Source of the DNA: an uncultured Granulicella sp.
Lineage (GTDB): Bacteria > Acidobacteriota > Terriglobia > Terriglobales > Acidobacteriaceae
Length of the DNA: 64,000 nt
Direction: 5' to 3'
Assembly: GCA_965214195.1 (NCBI GenBank)
Contig: OZ243943.1
Location: 1,271,776 to 1,335,775, forward strand
Numbering within the stretch: position 1 is the stretch's first letter; each line of letters starts with the position of its first letter. Made by a program: the position numbers and the translations under genes. A model generated the notes under the pieces. The model did no database searches and was not told the DNA's origin. It saw only the letters and a program-made list of their open reading frames with translations. Positions 56,452 to 64,000 of this stretch are shown here, piece by piece.

Positions 56452-57516
56452 CTACTTCGTCCCCGCCGCCGCAGCTGCCGCTCCGGTCCGCGGATAATAC
56501 CCACTCCGCGTCCGCACATCCAGCCTTCCAAATCCCTTCTCCTTAGCCTCCACATGCACCTGCCGATACCCACCCTTCGTCGGCGGATTCGTGCTCCGAT
56601 AAGAAATCGAGTACTGCGACCGAATATCAGCCGCCACTTCCGTAGCGATCGCATCCACTTCCCCAACGTTCTTCGGAAAGTAAGCCGCCCCACCGGTCTG
56701 CTGCGCAATCGTCTCCAGCACCTTACGCGCGTGGTTGCGTTCGCGCTTATCGATATCCGCCCCAAACAGCAGCCCAATGCAGTAAATCGTGGGCCCGTCC
56801 AGGTCCTGAATCCGCCGAATCATCTGCTCCAGCGTCGCGCTCGAAGTATTGTCCTCACCATCCGTAATGATGATCAGCACCTGCTTCGTGTTCTTCGCAT
56901 TCTTGGTCAGGTAGTCGGCGCTGGCCACCAGAGCGTCATAAGCCGCCGTCCCACCCTTCGGCTCAATGTAGCTCAATCCCTGCTGCAGCTTGTCAATCGA
57001 GCTCGTAAACTCCTGGTCCAGCATCGATTCATTCGCAAAGTCCACCAGAAACTCTTCGTCCTTCGGGTTGGAAAGCTTGACCAGATCGATCGCCGCCTTC
57101 TCCACGCCTTGCAGCTTGTCATACATGCTGCCAGAGTTATCGATCAGCAGCCCAATCGAGACCGGCAGATCCTCATGCCGAAAGCTCACAATCGTCTGCG
57201 GCACCCCATCCTCATACACATGGAAGGAGTCCTTGCTCAGCGTCTGAATGTTCCGCCCATTGCCATCCAGCACACTCGCATTCAGCCGAACCTCATACGC
57301 ATCGGACGAAAGCGTATACCGCCCGTTCGCGCCCTTGGCCACATCGCTGGTCGTCTTCCCGCCCGTCACCGGCGCCACCCCCACCACCGGATCCGGGTCC
57401 GGCGAAGGCATCGGGTCTCGGTCCACATTCAGCGGCAGCGGCGTACGTTGCGCGTACCCAGACGCGCCCAGCATCAACCCTAGTCCCAACAACAAAGCTC
57501 TACTGCGAAGGCGCAT
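56452..57516 (-). CDS. VWA domain protein (acidobacterial type)
   Basis: LLIDNSGSM MIDAS, GGTAAYDAL and IITDGEDN. Confidence 0.9.
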   Translation of the reverse strand: MRLRSRALLLGLGLMLGASGYAQRTPLPLNVDRDPMPSPDPDPVVGVAPVTGGKTTSDVAKGANGRYTLSSDAYEVRLNASVLDGNGRNIQTLSKDSFHVYEDGVPQTIVSFRHEDLPVSIGLLIDNSGSMYDKLQGVEKAAIDLVKLSNPKDEEFLVDFANESMLDQEFTSSIDKLQQGLSYIEPKGGTAAYDALVASADYLTKNAKNTKQVLIIITDGEDNTSSATLEQMIRRIQDLDGPTIYCIGLLFGADIDKRERNHARKVLETIAQQTGGAAYFPKNVGEVDAIATEVAADIRSQYSISYRSTNPPTKGGYRQVHVEAKEKGFGRLDVRTRSGYYPRTGAAAAAAGTK

Positions 57517-58495
57517 AGTACCCCTGCCGAAAGTGTACTGTCAGCGGTGGAAGTCCCGCCGGCTGCAACAGTCGAACCTTCAATTTACGCCAATTCCCAT
57601 CCTTTTTCATATCGCTCGGCCGATACCCCACCACGTACTCATTCCTCAACTCCTGGCTGATCCGCGTCGCGATATCGCTCATATCCTCCGCGTTTGTCAC
57701 CTTGAACATCTTGCCGCCCGTCAGCTCGCAAATGTCCGTCAGCAGCATCGGCCCCAGCACTTCTTCCTCGGTAGGCGCGTAGGAATCAAAAATTCCAATC
57801 GAGTAAATCTGCACGTCGCTTTCCCGCACCACGCGCCGCAGTTCGTTCTCGCTGTACCGGCTCCGGTTGTCGCCGCCGTCACTTACAATCAACAGCGCCT
57901 TCCGCTCATACTTGGCCTGCTTCAGCTTGTTGATCCCCAGGTACACCGCGTCGATCAGCGCCGTCCTGTTCTCCGGCTTCAGCATCACCATGCGCGCCTC
58001 CACGTCGTCCACATCAGACGTGTAGTCCACGATCACGGCCGGCTTATCGTTGAACGCCACTACAAAAAACTCATCCGCCGGGTTGCTGGTCCGCAGAAAT
58101 TCAGTCAGCGCCTTGCGCGCACGCACAAACTTGCTCTGCATGGAGCCACTCAGATCAAACACAATCCCGATCGTTACCGGCGCATCCTCGGTAGAAAACG
58201 TCTTGATCTGCTGCCCCATATTATTGTCATACACTTCAAAATTCGTCTTCTCGAGCCCCGTAACCAGCCGGTTCAGCGGGTCCGTCACCGTCATCGGCAC
58301 CAGCACCAGATTGGCTTCCACGCGGATGCGCGGCGTCTTGGTCCTGGCCTCTTCAGGCGTCACCACCTCAGGCGTCTTGGTCACCGGCCGCGTCGGGGTC
58401 ACCACCTGGTCCAGCGGATTTTCCTGCGCGCGCAGCCCCCCTGCACCCACCAGCATCAGCAGCACCGCAACAACCCAAAGCCCAGACTTCCTCAT
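57500..58495 (-). CDS. VWA domain protein (acidobacterial type)
   Basis: VFDLSGSM, RTALIDAV, IVSDGGDN and ELRNEYVVGY. Confidence 0.9.
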   Translation of the reverse strand: MRKSGLWVVAVLLMLVGAGGLRAQENPLDQVVTPTRPVTKTPEVVTPEEARTKTPRIRVEANLVLVPMTVTDPLNRLVTGLEKTNFEVYDNNMGQQIKTFSTEDAPVTIGIVFDLSGSMQSKFVRARKALTEFLRTSNPADEFFVVAFNDKPAVIVDYTSDVDDVEARMVMLKPENRTALIDAVYLGINKLKQAKYERKALLIVSDGGDNRSRYSENELRRVVRESDVQIYSIGIFDSYAPTEEEVLGPMLLTDICELTGGKMFKVTNAEDMSDIATRISQELRNEYVVGYRPSDMKKDGNWRKLKVRLLQPAGLPPLTVHFRQGYYAPSQ

Positions 58496-58745
58496 CCCGT
58501 CTACCAACCCTCAACCCACAAAGCTCTTGACTCCCCGCCTGCAGCCGCACCGTCTTTACTGGGACGCCGAACCACAGCAACCAGATTCACGCCTCGCCAA
58601 AGCGTATGAGATACTTCCCCACAAGTAAGTGCCCTGATCACAATCGCAGCTTACACCCATCCGCCTCCTCCTGGCACAGTCTAGTTTTCCGGGGTATGAC
58701 CTCATCGCAGCCTCATCAAAATCCGCGCCCCAACGCGCCACTGCC

Positions 58746-60227
58746 GTGTGCCTTCTGCTTGCCGGCACGGCCGCCGCCATGGCAATTTTGCTCGCGCTCT
58801 GGCCGCAACTCGGCCATGACCAGCTCTGGCACCTGCTCGCCGCAGACCGCACCCTGATCGTTCCAGCCTTCCGCCACGCCCACCACCTGGACCCCTACGG
58901 CCCCCTCTACTTTGAATCCAACCCACCCCTCGCCCTCTGGTCCGCGGCATTTTCTAACTCGGTCGCCCACGCCCTCCACCTCCCTATTGCCTTCACTTTC
59001 AAGGCCCTGGTCCTGCTCCTTGCCGCCGTCTCCGCTTTCTTTTCACTCGCCCTCCTGCTCGAATTGCGCCCCACCCTCACCCGCACCAACCTCGCCTTCC
59101 TCGCTTTCGCATTCATCACCATCTTCGGCGCCGTCCCCGCGCGCGACTTCGGCCAACGCGACCACCTCCTCGCGCTCCTGATCCTGCCTTATATAGTGGG
59201 AGCCGCGCTCCACGCCATCGGCAACCCCATCTCCTACCCCTGGCGAGCGGTCTTTGCCACTGCCGCCGCCCTCGGCATCGCCTACAAGCCGCACCTCGCG
59301 CTCGTTCCCGTCGCAGTTGAGCTCACCGTCGCCATCCTTCGCCGGCGCCCGCGCCTTATCCAGACCGCCATCTTCCTCAGCCTCGGCGCCGCCTACTATC
59401 TGGCCGTCCGCCTCCTCGCTCCCACCTACCTCAGAGAAGTCGTCCCCATCCTGCGCCAGACCTACTGGGCCTTCGGCAGCCTCTCACTCCCCCAGCTCCT
59501 CACCCAGTCCATAGAGCTCGACGTCCTCGCCGCCGCGGCCATCACCCTTTACTTCATCCAACGCAATCGCAGACGCTCCCCCCTGACCCTGCTCCTCCTC
59601 GCCGCCGGCACCGCGGCCTTCGCCGGCTACCTCCTCCAGGGAACCGGCTGGTACTACCAGCAGCTTCCGGCCATCAGCCTCTTCGGCCTCGCGTTCGCCA
59701 TTGAACTCATCGACCTCGCCCAGTACTACCCTGTCCCCACCCCCGCATGGCTGCCGATGGGTACCGCCGTCCTCGGCCTGCTCGCAGTCTGCCTCACCGT
59801 CCGCTTTTCCGACTTCGCCCCCCAGCCCACCCCCGACCCCGGCTTCTACGCCGGCCTCGCGCCCGGCGCCGCCGTCGCCACCCTCACCACCACCGTAGAC
59901 GACACCGTCCCCCCCGCCGACACCTACCACCTCATCCTCGCCCAGCGTTACCCCCACCTCTGGATGCTCCCCGCCATCCTCCGCCGGCCCAATCCTCAGC
60001 TAGCCGCGGTACAACGCAAATTCATGGTGGAAGACCTGGAGCGCTGGCACCCTCAGCTCATCCTCGTAAATCGCTGCCAGGACCCGCAAGTCCATTGCCA
60101 GGTGCTTGAAGACCGGCACGACAACCTCCTCGAATTCTTTCTTGCGGACCCCCGCTTCGCCGCCATCTTCAGCCACTATCATCTGCAAAAATCCGCCGGC
60201 CCTTACGATGCCTACGCCCTGAACTAG
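58746..60227 (+). CDS. Polytopic membrane protein, possible GT-C-fold enzyme
   Basis: HDQLWHL, ESNPPL, FGQRDHL and KPH; many TM helices plus a C-terminal soluble tail. Start uncertain. Confidence 0.55.
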   Translation: MCLLLAGTAAAMAILLALWPQLGHDQLWHLLAADRTLIVPAFRHAHHLDPYGPLYFESNPPLALWSAAFSNSVAHALHLPIAFTFKALVLLLAAVSAFFSLALLLELRPTLTRTNLAFLAFAFITIFGAVPARDFGQRDHLLALLILPYIVGAALHAIGNPISYPWRAVFATAAALGIAYKPHLALVPVAVELTVAILRRRPRLIQTAIFLSLGAAYYLAVRLLAPTYLREVVPILRQTYWAFGSLSLPQLLTQSIELDVLAAAAITLYFIQRNRRRSPLTLLLLAAGTAAFAGYLLQGTGWYYQQLPAISLFGLAFAIELIDLAQYYPVPTPAWLPMGTAVLGLLAVCLTVRFSDFAPQPTPDPGFYAGLAPGAAVATLTTTVDDTVPPADTYHLILAQRYPHLWMLPAILRRPNPQLAAVQRKFMVEDLERWHPQLILVNRCQDPQVHCQVLEDRHDNLLEFFLADPRFAAIFSHYHLQKSAGPYDAYALN

Positions 60228-60404
60228 CTACCGCAGTGAGCCCTGCCCCTTGACGCCACTGATATTCTAATAAAGGGGGTAGAGTTTCTCTCGTCCCAAA
60301 AGTTCGAGCACGCAGGTCCAGACTTAACCCTAATCCTTTGAATACTTTAGCCTCGTACAGGGGAGGGGGGGAGTACAGCACCAAACCCAAGGAGACTCAC
60401 CAGC

Positions 60405-61811
60405 ATGGCCCGCATTTATCCCTTCCGCGCCCTTCGTTACGACACCCAGAAAGTCCAAATGGAGGATGTTGTCACCCAGCCCTACGACAAAATCACGCCG
60501 GAAATGCAGCAGGCCTATTACGATCGCTCCAAGTACAACCTGATCCGCGTCATCCTCGGCAAAAAAGAGCCCGGCGACACGGACGCTTTTCAGCCGTCCG
60601 ATGAGCCCGCACATAACGTCTACACCCGCGCTGCCGAGTCGCTTACCAGCTGGCGAAAAAAGTCCATCCTGCGCGAGGAAGCCGAGCCCGCCCTCTACGG
60701 CTACTCGCAAACCTACCAGGTGCCCGGAACCGACCAGATCCAGGAGCGCAAGGGCTTCATCGCGCTCGGCCAGCTCTACGACTACGCAGAAAAGGTCGTC
60801 TACCGCCACGAGCAGACGTTTCCCAAGCACAAATCCGACCGGCTCGCGCTCTTCAAAGCCACCCGCGCCTACTGCGAGCAGATCTACATGCTCTACTCCG
60901 ACCCCGCCTTCACGGCTGAAAAACTGATCTTCACCGGCGCCCCAGCCGACCTCGAAATCACCGACGAATATAACGTAGTCCACCGCGTATGGCGACTGAC
61001 GGACGCGCACCTGATCAACCTCATTGTCACCGCCATGGCCGACAAAAAGCTCATCATCGCCGACGGCCACCACCGCTACGAAACCAGCGTCACCTACATG
61101 AAGGAGCGCCAGGAACAGTTGAATCCGGGTGCCCCACCTCTCGATTCTGAGAGGTGGGATGGAAGCGGCACAGACCCCAGTGAATCCCCCTCCAACCGCG
61201 CCGACGAGCCCCACGCGCTCCTCCCCAAGCCAGCCTTCCCGGAAGCCGCCATGATGATGACCTTCGTCAACATGGACGCCCCCGGAATCACCATCCTGCC
61301 CACTCACCGCGTAGTTTTCGGCCTGAAAGACTTTTCGACAGGCACCTTCCTCACCGCCGCTGAACCCTACTTCGAGATCACCCGCCAGGACTCCGCAAGC
61401 GTCCCCGCAGAAATTCAGGGAGTAGCCCTCGTCGCCGCAACCCGCGACGGCAACCACCTGCTCACCGCAAAGCCGGAAGCAATTAGCGCGCGCCTGAAAG
61501 AGCTGCACCCGGAAATCACCGCCCGCCAGGCGTCTCTCGATGTGGTCCAGCTCCACCGCATCCTGCTGGAAGACGTCCTGCAGCTATCGCACGAATCTAT
61601 CGCCAACACCGAGAACATCCGCTACATCCGCAGCGCTGAAGAAGCCGTCGCACAGGTCGCCGAAGGCAAGGCCGATGTCGCCTTCCTGATCAAGCCCGTT
61701 ACTCTCCAGCAGCTAAAAGACATCTCCCTCTCAGGCGACGTCATGCCCCAGAAGTCCACCGACTTCTACCCCAAGCTCCTCAGCGGCCTGGCCATCTACG
61801 CCCTCGACTAG
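60405..61811 (+). CDS. DUF1015 domain protein
   Basis: PFRALRY, VVTQPYDKI, YRHEQT, IIADGHHRYET and MPQKSTDFYPKLLSGL; AAGGAG RBS. Confidence 0.9.
   Translation: MARIYPFRALRYDTQKVQMEDVVTQPYDKITPEMQQAYYDRSKYNLIRVILGKKEPGDTDAFQPSDEPAHNVYTRAAESLTSWRKKSILREEAEPALYGYSQTYQVPGTDQIQERKGFIALGQLYDYAEKVVYRHEQTFPKHKSDRLALFKATRAYCEQIYMLYSDPAFTAEKLIFTGAPADLEITDEYNVVHRVWRLTDAHLINLIVTAMADKKLIIADGHHRYETSVTYMKERQEQLNPGAPPLDSERWDGSGTDPSESPSNRADEPHALLPKPAFPEAAMMMTFVNMDAPGITILPTHRVVFGLKDFSTGTFLTAAEPYFEITRQDSASVPAEIQGVALVAATRDGNHLLTAKPEAISARLKELHPEITARQASLDVVQLHRILLEDVLQLSHESIANTENIRYIRSAEEAVAQVAEGKADVAFLIKPVTLQQLKDISLSGDVMPQKSTDFYPKLLSGLAIYALD
61125..61160. repeat. REP-like hairpin inside the DUF1015 coding sequence
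   Basis: ccgggtgccccacctctcgattctgagaggtgggat; perfect 10-bp stem CCCACCTCTC/GAGAGGTGGG. Confidence 0.78.
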
Positions 61812-61922
61812 CAAAACAGAAGCAGATCCCCTCCGGGGATGACAACCAAGCCAACGCCACCATTCGGTTGTCTCCCCGCAGGGGATCTGCTTTTCGCCTC
61901 TGTTCAGACAATCTACGTCCCA

Positions 61923-62963
61923 ATGCGCTTTTATCAGTCTTCTCTGCGCCAAGCCCTGGCACTAAAGCTACAATCACTTTCGGACCCCTTGACCTTCTTC
62001 AGACCAACTCGCGCCCTGCTCCTGCTCGCCACCCTCGCAGCCGCAGCCCAGACAGCGACCCCGCCAGCGACCTCGCCAGCACCCAAGGCGAAGGCAAAGT
62101 CCAAAAAGTCCGAAGCACCCGCCTACAACACCAACCTGATCGTGCTCGACGCAGCGCATGGCGGAACCGATAACGGCGCCACTCTCGGTGAAAACTCGCT
62201 CGAAAAAGACGCGACCGTCGCACTCGCCGCGCTACTCAAGCCGCGGCTTGAGGCCAAGGGTTTCACCGTTGTGCTGACCCACAACGCCTCGTCCGACGAG
62301 GTGGCTTCTGACACCCGAGTCGAGCTTGCGAATCGCAGCCGCGCTGTCGCCTGCCTGCTGCTGCATGCCTCAAACGGTGGCCATGGCGTGCATCTTTACA
62401 CGTCCGCGCTCACGCCTAACCACCCCTCGCTCACGCCGGACGAGCCCAAAGAAATTCAGCCCTGGGACAGCGCCCAGGCGTCCGTGTTGCCGCAATCCAT
62501 GCGGCTTTCAGGTGATCTCGCTGCAGCCATCAACGGCATCCGAGTCCCGCTCGTCGTCAGCCAGGCGAGCGTCAAGCCGATTGATTCGCTTACCTGCCCG
62601 GTCGTCGCGCTGGAGCTTTCCCCGTTGCCCGGAGACACGCCCACGCCCGCGTCGGACCCCGCTTACCAGGCACGCGTCGCGGACGCAGTGGCACAGGCGC
62701 TGGTCTTCTGGCGCGGTCACGTGATCTCCATCAGCTCCGCAGCCGCGGCCGCGCAGGCAAACTCCACACCGACGCCGGCTACTGCAGATCCCGCCAAGCC
62801 GGCACCGAAGCCGAAGCCAAAGCCGGTTCCGCCACCCGTCAAAATCCCTGACGAGGAGCCGCTCGTCGACAGCCCGCCACCGCCAAAAACCAGGCCAGCG
62901 CCCATCGTGCGACCCGCGCCGGACGTGCCCGCAACTGTTCCACCCACGGGAGCAAAGCGATGA
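61923..62963 (+). CDS. N-acetylmuramoyl-L-alanine amidase (Amidase_3) with Pro-rich tail
   Basis: IVLDAAHGG, EKD, RVELAN, LLLHA and ALEL. Confidence 0.85.
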   Translation: MRFYQSSLRQALALKLQSLSDPLTFFRPTRALLLLATLAAAAQTATPPATSPAPKAKAKSKKSEAPAYNTNLIVLDAAHGGTDNGATLGENSLEKDATVALAALLKPRLEAKGFTVVLTHNASSDEVASDTRVELANRSRAVACLLLHASNGGHGVHLYTSALTPNHPSLTPDEPKEIQPWDSAQASVLPQSMRLSGDLAAAINGIRVPLVVSQASVKPIDSLTCPVVALELSPLPGDTPTPASDPAYQARVADAVAQALVFWRGHVISISSAAAAAQANSTPTPATADPAKPAPKPKPKPVPPPVKIPDEEPLVDSPPPPKTRPAPIVRPAPDVPATVPPTGAKR

Positions 62964-63661
62964 TTCCCCGCTATCAACGCATTGCTTATTGGTGCCTGGT
63001 CGGCGCAATCTTCCTGATGCTTCTGCTGCTGCTGCGCGGCTGCGTGCGCGATCGCGAGCGCATCAAGGCCATGCGCGATCAGAGCCCGATCTCCGCGCCC
63101 ACCGACACGCCGAACGAGCAAATTTCCATCGCGCTCGCCAACGATGCCGATGGTACCATTACGCTCGATCAAATCTCGATTGCGCTTCCGGACCCGCCTC
63201 CACTGCGCGCTCGCGTAATGCTGGACCGGCTTCTGACCGACTTCGCGCGCCCCAATTCGACACATCCGGTACCGCAAGGGCCCGCCGTTACTGACGTTTT
63301 CTTCGTTCCTCTGCCGCTCCAGTACAAGACCGCACCCGGCAACTCCGCCGATCTGCCCGACGCGCAGCCGGTGACGCCGTACGGTCGCTACCACCTGAAT
63401 GGCTCGCAACTCGCAGTCGTGAACCTGACGAAAGCGTTTGCGGACGCGCACCCCTCCGGGATCGAAACGGAAGACCTGACGCTGCGTGCGATTGTCGCCA
63501 CGCTGCATTCGAATTTTTCGCAGATTGAGCAGGTCCGCTTCACGGTGGAGGGCGCCACGCGCGACACGCTCGCCGGCCACGCCGACCTGACGCGGCCGTA
63601 CAGCGTCAACGACCCAACCATGCGGATTCACGTACTCTCTCCCGACGGAAACCAAATCTAG
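62960..63661 (+). CDS. GerMN domain protein
   Basis: N-terminal TM; AVVNLT..F...HPSGIETE.L...IV.TL..N...IEQVRFTVEG. Confidence 0.8.
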   Translation: MIPRYQRIAYWCLVGAIFLMLLLLLRGCVRDRERIKAMRDQSPISAPTDTPNEQISIALANDADGTITLDQISIALPDPPPLRARVMLDRLLTDFARPNSTHPVPQGPAVTDVFFVPLPLQYKTAPGNSADLPDAQPVTPYGRYHLNGSQLAVVNLTKAFADAHPSGIETEDLTLRAIVATLHSNFSQIEQVRFTVEGATRDTLAGHADLTRPYSVNDPTMRIHVLSPDGNQI

Positions 63662-64000
63662 TGGCGCCTGACGCGCAGGGGCCTTGCATCGCCGTGTTCG
63701 ATTCCGGCTTTGGCGGCCTGACGGTGTTGCGTGCGCTGCTGCCGCTGATTCCGGGCGCTCGCTACCTGTACCTGGGCGACACGGCGCGGCTGCCCTATGG
63801 TGAAAAATCGCAGCAAACGATCGCCCGTTACGCGCTCTCAAGCGCCGCTTTCCTGCTCGAGCAGGGCGCTGAGATGCTGGTGGTGGCCTGTAACACGGCC
63901 ACGGCGTTAGCGCTCGACGAGCTGAAGGCAGCGCTACCGATCCCTGTCGTGGGCGTTATCGATCCCGGGACCAGAGCCGCGGCTGCCGTTGGTGGTAATG
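63661..64000 (+). CDS. murI: Glutamate racemase (5' part, truncated by the window)
   Basis: Manual translation from GTG 63661: IAVFDSGFGGLTV, YLGDTARLPYG, LVVACNTATA and PVVGVI. Confidence 0.93.
   Translation, partial: MAPDAQGPCIAVFDSGFGGLTVLRALLPLIPGARYLYLGDTARLPYGEKSQQTIARYALSSAAFLLEQGAEMLVVACNTATALALDELKAALPIPVVGVIDPGTRAAAAVGGN

Noticed and set aside
56452-58495. Tandem VWA genes as a novel system
   Set aside because: Paralogous VWA genes of this type are a familiar, abundant feature of Acidobacteriota.

Overview
A high-GC chromosomal segment, most likely from an Acidobacteriota (Terriglobia/Acidobacteriaceae) genome. This assignment is inferred from the tandem acidobacterial-type VWA genes, an Oar-type TonB-dependent receptor and the REP-like repeats. 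The left core region (1-13.8 kb) holds the 5' part of a probable bcsQ/yhjQ-type gene, tRNA-Lys, an ADP-heptose/LPS operon (GT9-hldE-hldD-ATP-grasp), DUF4254, a TPR gene, yvcK, rluA, rlmN, yihY, queG and tRNA-Ser(CGA). Directly after tRNA-Ser an accessory-looking block starts (about 13.8-41.9 kb). It contains a 5'-truncated Nudix gene, a GntR/DUF2339/M48 module, an orphan non-RD Ser/Thr kinase and a perfect 5x17-bp tandem repeat. It also contains a translationally coupled six-gene operon (radical SAM, stand-alone Asn-synthetase C-domain, AsnB-like amidotransferase, GT1, GT2 and an apparently circularly permuted ROK protein) and a Tad/Flp pilus locus with two GT-C-type membrane enzymes built into it. 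The right part holds a TBDR-metallophosphoesterase-PI-PLC trio, an STK/ECF-sigma pair, an acyl-CoA dehydrogenase, DUF4139, two VWA genes, DUF1015, an amidase, GerMN and partial murI. The best candidates for undescribed biology are the six-gene operon, the Tad locus with embedded GT-C enzymes, and REP-like palindromes read in frame inside rlmN and the DUF1015 gene. There is no CRISPR array, rRNA, integrase or transposase. All product calls come from motif recognition, not database searches.
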